Positions 58,560 through 64,000 of a stretch of 64,000 nucleotides of DNA are shown piece by piece (position 1 is the stretch's first letter; each line of letters starts with the position of its first letter). A model generated the notes under the pieces. The model saw only the letters and a list, made by a program, of their open reading frames with translations, was not told where the DNA came from and ran no database searches. This stretch comes from an uncultured delta proteobacterium (GTDB taxonomy: Bacteria > Desulfobacterota > WTBG01 > CAIYCZ01). The position numbers were made by a program, and so were the translations under genes. The stretch covers positions 32,001 to 96,000 of the forward strand of contig CAWDOY010000001.1 in the NCBI GenBank assembly GCA_963803975.1, written 5' to 3'.

Positions 58560-59024
58560 ATGATGAACAGCCCGGCATGGAGAAGCACGTGCAATAGAAG
58601 AGCAGTGATGGTACTCGCGGGTCTGGTCCTTTTAAGCGGTTGCGCCCGGATACCCGCAGTCCGCATTAAAAACCAGAAAGGCGCGGTGCTGAGCGTGGAG
58701 GTTGAAATAGTACGGAAACCGGCCGAGAGAAACCTCGGGCTCATGTATCGAAAGTCTTTGGCTAAAGACAGCGGTATGCTCTTTATTTTTGAGGACGAGA
58801 TTAAACATACGTTTACCATGAAAAATACTTTTATCCCGCTGGATATGATTTTTATCGGCCGGGATATGCGCATCGCCGGCTGGGTGGAAAACGCAAAGCC
58901 CCTCTCTCAGGAGCAGTTTTCGATTGCCCGGCCCTCGCAATATGTGCTTGAGGTGAATGCCTTTTTCTGCCGGGATCAGGGGCTGACAATAGGTGATGAG
59001 GTGACGTTCAAGAATATAGATTAG
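58560..59024 (+). CDS. DUF192 domain lipoprotein
   Basis: LLSGC lipobox; GLMYR, GMLF, MKNTFIPLDMIF, VLEVNA. Confidence 0.88.
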   Translation: MMNSPAWRSTCNRRAVMVLAGLVLLSGCARIPAVRIKNQKGAVLSVEVEIVRKPAERNLGLMYRKSLAKDSGMLFIFEDEIKHTFTMKNTFIPLDMIFIGRDMRIAGWVENAKPLSQEQFSIARPSQYVLEVNAFFCRDQGLTIGDEVTFKNID

Positions 59025-59080
59025 CAGGCTGCTGAAAAACACCCATCTGCTTCGTTGCGCTCATCCTTCGTCATTGCGAC
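59022..59080 (+). repeat. Left part of the MITE-like element
   Basis: TAGCAGGCTGCTGAAAAACACCCATCTGC..GTCATTGCGAC nearly identical to 24322-24380, then diverges. Confidence 0.8.
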
Positions 59081-59304
59081 ATTTTACCCCGGCGCTGGCA
59101 TCCTTCGGAGTTGTTCATGAAAGAACAAAGTTTCTCAGGATACGCCTCACATTCCCCTTGCCATAATGGGGGGATCAGGGGGCGCATTGCATGCATGAAA
59201 CCTCGGCACAATGCTTTTGAGTTGAACAATACTCTTTCAGGAGTTCCGTTTAACGGGAAGCGGCAATACGCTGCTTGTAAACAGTAATTAACCGGGGATA
59301 TAAA

Positions 59305-59964
59305 ATGCTGCGAGCCGTTATTTTTGACATGGATGGCGTCATCATAGACAGCCAGCCCTATCACTTTGCCGTCGAGGAAAAGATTTTCCGTGAATTAGGC
59401 GTTGCTGTCACGGAGGAAGAAAGTCATTCATTTGTCGGCATGGCAGGCGACCGGATGTGGTTATATGTCAAAAATAAATTTGGCTTGAGGCAGTCACTAA
59501 AAGAGCTTGTGGAATATGACAACAGGATTCGCATTGATTATTTTGCGTCACTTGCAAAGGTAACACCAATTCCCGGCATTGTGGATTTGCTGGAGGAGCT
59601 TAACCGGAATAATATCAAAATTGCTTTAGCTTCATCATCATCCGTTGAAGTCATCGAAATATTCATTTCAAAATCAGGACTCAAACATTACTTTCAGCAG
59701 ATCATAAGCGGGGACTTTGTAGAGAAGGGAAAGCCTGCCCCGGACATCTTTATCCATACAGCGCAAGCGCTACAGGAAGCTGCTGCAGACTGTGTTGTGA
59801 TAGAGGATTCTGCCAATGGGGTGAAAGCGGCAAAAATGGCTGGCATGAAATGCATAGGCTTCAGCAACGCAAATTCCGGTGACCAGGATTTGTCATTGGC
59901 GGATATGGTGATTGATGATTTTACAAAAGTTAATTTAGAAATATTTGAATCACTGTATAATTAA
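59305..59964 (+). CDS. HAD-family phosphatase (beta-PGM-like)
   Basis: FDMDGVIID, ASSS, KPAPD, IEDS. Confidence 0.92.
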   Translation: MLRAVIFDMDGVIIDSQPYHFAVEEKIFRELGVAVTEEESHSFVGMAGDRMWLYVKNKFGLRQSLKELVEYDNRIRIDYFASLAKVTPIPGIVDLLEELNRNNIKIALASSSSVEVIEIFISKSGLKHYFQQIISGDFVEKGKPAPDIFIHTAQALQEAAADCVVIEDSANGVKAAKMAGMKCIGFSNANSGDQDLSLADMVIDDFTKVNLEIFESLYN

Positions 59965-60556
59965 ACGGAAATAAGGAAAATTTGTTGGACATCTGGAAGA
60001 AAAACTGAGTAAGATATTGCAACGCAAAAAGATAGGAGACCTAAGAAGAAAAACTAGTATGGTGTTTTCGGATTTGGATTTGGGATTTGGGGGATTTGGG
60101 GAATAAGCTTGGCACGTTTTTCATTCCGGCCTATGTCTATGTCGCCCGGTCGGTTCATGCCAAAAGTTGAGCAAGACGGACGAAATGAACAGGAAGATAC
60201 TTTTGGTACTGTCAAAAGTTTTATGAAAAGAGGATGAGATATGGAACCACAGAGTTCACGGAGAAATTCTCGTGGTCTCAATGCTATAAAATCGGGAAGG
60301 CAATAAATTAAGAATTTACCGTTTTTTATCTTGGGGAGTTCCTGAATTCGAAATGCTTTATCCTTTTTGTTTCGCGGTGGCCTTCCAGGTACCTGGTTAT
60401 GGAACGGGGGGTTGAATTGAGGATACAGAGGATAACAATAGCGAGAACACAGAGGGGAGGGAACAGAATTTCTGTTAACTTCTTGAAATAAAATATTTTC
60501 TCTGTGAGCACTGTGGTCAATTTTTGACAAAACGATACTTTTCAAAAGGAGGCCAC

Positions 60557-60862
60557 ATGAAGAAATGCGGGGTTAGGGTTTTTCTAATGATTTTTATCAG
60601 TGCTTTTTTTGTACTGATTGGCAGAGTTTTGTGGGCACAGGATAGAGGCATACCGACAGAGGCAATCAAGAACGCTTACCAACAGATACTCGCCGGTGCC
60701 GACAAGAACGGCGACGGCAAGATCAGCACGCAGGAATGCACGGCCATGTCAACGGCCAAGGAGATGGAGAAGAACTGCAAGTACTGGGATGCCAACGGCG
60801 ACGGGGTCATTACAGAGGACGAGTATGTGCAGCAGGTCAAGAAGATTGGGAATAGGAAGTGA
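60557..60862 (+). CDS. Secreted EF-hand protein
   Basis: Signal peptide; DKNGDGKISTQE and DANGDGVITEDE loops. Confidence 0.85.
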   Translation: MKKCGVRVFLMIFISAFFVLIGRVLWAQDRGIPTEAIKNAYQQILAGADKNGDGKISTQECTAMSTAKEMEKNCKYWDANGDGVITEDEYVQQVKKIGNRK

Positions 60863-61223
60863 GGACTTGGGGACATTGTTTCTTTGGAATGGGGGATAGG
60901 CACCTAATTTTAAAATGAGAGGATTGGCTGCATCAAGCGGTCACGTTCCAGGAGTATGCTGCCATGGATTAGTTTCGCTGCTATCCCTACACCACCAATA
61001 TATTTTTCTGCAAGCTGTTCTGGAAGAGGGATTTTCCGGGAGCTTTCCGATATAACCTTTGTACCTCATACATATCCTTTTCTTTTTTTACTAAATCAAA
61101 ACCGATGACTATCCTCATTATTTATGTTATCTAATATATATAAGGAATAGTAACGATTTAAAAAAGTCAGTATAGGATTATCACTGCACGTTACAAATGA
61201 ATTACCCTTTAAAAGGAGGATAT

Positions 61224-62978
61224 ATGACAAGACGAGACCTAAAAAGCACACTGTCAATCTTCACCGTCTGTATTATGACCGCTGCAGTTTTTTTAGTGTA
61301 CACCGGGTGTACAAAGCAAAACAATATCCCGGAAGCACTTGATTCGGTCACAGGTGAAGACGGAACTACCTGGGAGCGCGTCACCGAGCCTGGCTTTGGC
61401 AATGGTAACAATATTTCTGTGGCAGCCATTGGAGAATACAAGGGCCGTATCTATGCAACGACCCGTAATGATGTTGAAGGAGCAGAGGTATGGAGAACCA
61501 ACGGTAACGGCTGGGAACAGGTAGAAATAGTCGCGGGATTTAAACACGGCATCTATGGCAACACCATGCTTAACAATCTGTGGAGCAAGATGGTCGTTTT
61601 CAAGGATAAACTGTATGTCGGTTTTTCCGCAGGCCTGCAGGGGACCGTGCTGCAATCATCAGGCTGTGAAATCTGGAGTTATGATGGGAAAACCTGGGAA
61701 CCGGTTGTGTCTGACAAAAAAGATATTGATGAAGCTGGTACCATCACTGCCATTGCCGGATGTGAGGATAAGGATGCGGAAATCACTGCACAGTTTACTG
61801 ACAGTGCAAAGAACTGGACCGCTAACGAATGGGCTGGCGGCGTATTACAAATCACTTCCGGTCAGGGAGCATACCGCAGGTTTGATATTGTGAGCAATAC
61901 TGCCAACACCCTTACCATACAGCAGAATGAAACCACCGGTGATTACGGGAAAGAATACACGGTGTGCGGCACAAAACATTATTCTAATCCCTTCCCTGTA
62001 TATGAGTATGACCTTGGCCCAATAAAGCTCGGTGATAGTTATGAAATAGGTATCGGGACTGATGAAAATGGTTTTGGCGACTACTGGAACAAGACCGTCA
62101 CGGAAATGCTGGTATTTGATGACAAGCTCTATGTAAGCACCGGCCTCAACTATGACAATGGCGCCCAGGTATGGTTTTCGGAAGATGGAGAGACCTGGCA
62201 GGTAACCCAGCCGCCCAACAGCTTCGGTAATTACCATGATGATCCAAATTATAAAGATGGCAAAAAGGCCGTCAGCAGCAGCATCAGCGATATCGGTGTG
62301 TCTGACGTGTCAGGAAAGCCGGTGCTCTATGCAGCAGGCACCGGTACCACGGGAGCCAAAGGCCGCTGCACCCGCATGGCAAAGCTTACCAGCACCGGGT
62401 GGGAGCTCATTGTTGACTCAGATGTTGATGCAAATGACACCGGCACCAACGAAAACGGCTTTGGCGATGGCCTGGGGTGCACCATGAATAACGGTAATTT
62501 CATGGGCTGGAGCCTGCAACATTTCAAAGATAAATTGTATGTCGGCATCAATTCACTCGGCGGCACCAGGGTACTGTATACGCCAAACGGCAGTTCCGAA
62601 GATGGCAACTGGTTTTTCAGTGTCGGTCCGGGCACCCCGTATCCCATAGGCTTTGATGGCCAACTGCTGCAGACAGATGACCCTAACTTCATCGGCACCT
62701 ACAGGAATATAGCCAACAACCTCTTCGTGTTTGATGATGTACTGTATGCCGGAGTTATTGACCAGAAGAGTGAAAAGGTTGAGACCGGGATACCGCTCTG
62801 GAAAACCCCTGATGGGATAACCTGGACCAGGATAACTGACAACAGTTTTGGTCAAACCGCAGCGCTGGCCTTTGAGGGTTTTGCCACATGTTTCGACGCT
62901 ATGTACGTAGGAGTGAACAACGCTTCTTCTTCCCAGTCAAATACCGGAGGCGCAACGATCTTCCGGATGGCTAAATAA
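61224..62978 (+). CDS. Secreted or lipoprotein with repeated beta-propeller-like blades
   Basis: VYTGC lipobox-like; repeated W..V...GFG and F.DKLYV(G/S) units. Confidence 0.7.
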   Translation: MTRRDLKSTLSIFTVCIMTAAVFLVYTGCTKQNNIPEALDSVTGEDGTTWERVTEPGFGNGNNISVAAIGEYKGRIYATTRNDVEGAEVWRTNGNGWEQVEIVAGFKHGIYGNTMLNNLWSKMVVFKDKLYVGFSAGLQGTVLQSSGCEIWSYDGKTWEPVVSDKKDIDEAGTITAIAGCEDKDAEITAQFTDSAKNWTANEWAGGVLQITSGQGAYRRFDIVSNTANTLTIQQNETTGDYGKEYTVCGTKHYSNPFPVYEYDLGPIKLGDSYEIGIGTDENGFGDYWNKTVTEMLVFDDKLYVSTGLNYDNGAQVWFSEDGETWQVTQPPNSFGNYHDDPNYKDGKKAVSSSISDIGVSDVSGKPVLYAAGTGTTGAKGRCTRMAKLTSTGWELIVDSDVDANDTGTNENGFGDGLGCTMNNGNFMGWSLQHFKDKLYVGINSLGGTRVLYTPNGSSEDGNWFFSVGPGTPYPIGFDGQLLQTDDPNFIGTYRNIANNLFVFDDVLYAGVIDQKSEKVETGIPLWKTPDGITWTRITDNSFGQTAALAFEGFATCFDAMYVGVNNASSSQSNTGGATIFRMAK

Positions 62979-63007
62979 AACCAACCACCGTACATAATTT
63001 TCTCAAT

Positions 63008-63041
63008 AAAAAAGCACCTGTACTTTTACAGGTGCTTTTTT
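63008..63041. terminator. Bidirectional rho-independent terminator
   Basis: AAAAAAGCACCTGTA-CTTT-TACAGGTGCTTTTTT between convergent genes. Confidence 0.85.
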
Positions 63042-63158
63042 CAATTGGGCTCATAGTAGGCTCTTATTTTAAATGGCCCCTTTTGCGGCAATCGTTACAG
63101 CAAATGCAGACGTTGCAGTAACAAAAAAATATCTGCATTAATTAGTAGTTTTAAATCC

Positions 63159-64000
63159 CTAATCACTCCACACTTCCACATTGGGGTCAAGTTCCTTCCC
63201 GGTCTTATTGATATACGTGAACGCTTCTTTGTCATGTAAAGCATAGGCTCGCAGAAACAGTGCAGTCCATCGCGCATAGGTCTCTATGGATACCTCCCGA
63301 TCAATAGTGGGTTCTGCTGAGTCCTTCCCCGGTCCTGGAGGATTATTCATATCACACATGCCAAAATGATTTGCACCCTTGACCTCAACGAGCATTTTCG
63401 GCGGATCATCAATCATGCCATAAGATGTTATGCTGACATCATACACGGCACGGGTTTCTATGGCGCCGTTTATAAACGCAATGGGCATTCCCATGTCGTG
63501 GGTATCCCTGATTGTTGTATCTCCGGGTACTCCGTATGGCTTTGTGTTGATACCGGTTAAGGCGATTGCTTTCAATTCTTCCGGCCTGGTAAAAGTCTCT
63601 CCGGCAGGGCAGAAGGTTGGCTCACACAAATTCTGAATGGCATTTATGGTACATGCAGCACCGTATGAGTGCCCCAACCCCACGAGCGTTGAGGTATCAA
63701 TTAGCCCTTTAATGGGCGAATCTGCGCTCCCGTTTTCATCTTTCATAAATTCTAATACATCATAGAACTGCTTCTGCTCTGAAAACAGGCCAGAAGCATT
63801 AAACCCCGGTATGGCGATTGTAGAAAAATGATTGGGCACCACAACTATGAAACCATAGCTGGCAACATAATGCGCATATTTTGAATAATATTGCTTATCA
63901 ACCCTGCCGCCCTGTAAAAACAGAGCAATCGGAAATTTGCAAAACCCTTTTGCTAAACCTTCAACAACCGGGTAATAAATGTCTGCAGGGTCATCATGCT
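63159..64000 (-). CDS. Alpha/beta hydrolase, chlorophyllase-like (5' end outside the window)
   Basis: GHSYG nucleophile elbow; GANHFG; frame open upstream (ADIYYP, IALFLQG, ASYGFIVVVPNH). Confidence 0.82.
   Translation of the reverse strand, partial: HDDPADIYYPVVEGLAKGFCKFPIALFLQGGRVDKQYYSKYAHYVASYGFIVVVPNHFSTIAIPGFNASGLFSEQKQFYDVLEFMKDENGSADSPIKGLIDTSTLVGLGHSYGAACTINAIQNLCEPTFCPAGETFTRPEELKAIALTGINTKPYGVPGDTTIRDTHDMGMPIAFINGAIETRAVYDVSITSYGMIDDPPKMLVEVKGANHFGMCDMNNPPGPGKDSAEPTIDREVSIETYARWTALFLRAYALHDKEAFTYINKTGKELDPNVEVWSD

Noticed and set aside
24323..59080. Repeats as a CRISPR array or integron attC sites
   Set aside because: Dispersed, ~155 bp long, no regular spacers, no cas or integrase gene in the window
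60054..60545. 163-aa minus-strand ORF
   Set aside because: Runs through low-complexity repeats (PQIPQIPNPNP) with no motif; likely spurious
2725..63636. Numerous antisense and alternate-frame ORFs inside long genes
   Set aside because: Shadow ORFs expected from codon bias; kept only where they complete a frameshifted gene

Overview
Bacterial chromosomal segment, most likely from a Desulfobacterota (deltaproteobacterial) genome or MAG. This is inferred from gene content: archaeal-type aroA'/aroB', sigma54 signalling, a GlcD/HdrD-type oxidoreductase pair and the repeat families present. A housekeeping backbone (ettA, leuS-lptE-holA, rpsT, pyrE, adk, udk) is interleaved with accessory loci. The strongest candidate for an undescribed system spans 11183-23609. 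It starts with a membrane receptor built as Cache-PAS-PAS-CBS-DUF294 (GlnD/GlnE-like) nucleotidyltransferase, directly followed by a calcineurin-like phosphoesterase, giving a putative writer/eraser pair. Next come a histidine kinase whose Cache sensor is an almost identical DNA copy of the receptor's, a sigma54 activator, an archaemetzincin protease and a non-lipoylatable GcvH-like protein. Two divergent carboxylate transporters follow (OFA-family MFS and DUF485-ActP). The MFS tail and the GcvH-like protein share a 12-residue motif, LGxTMxDGGxKI. Other notable loci are a membrane-anchored GH94 protein lacking a recognisable GT84 domain next to opgG, three tandem B12-radical SAM genes, several toxin-antitoxin modules with decayed toxins, and a family of ~155-bp MITE-like elements. 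About ten single-base frameshifts point to long-read assembly errors rather than true pseudogenes. No rRNA, tRNA or CRISPR array was seen. All family assignments come from motif recognition by eye; no database search was run.
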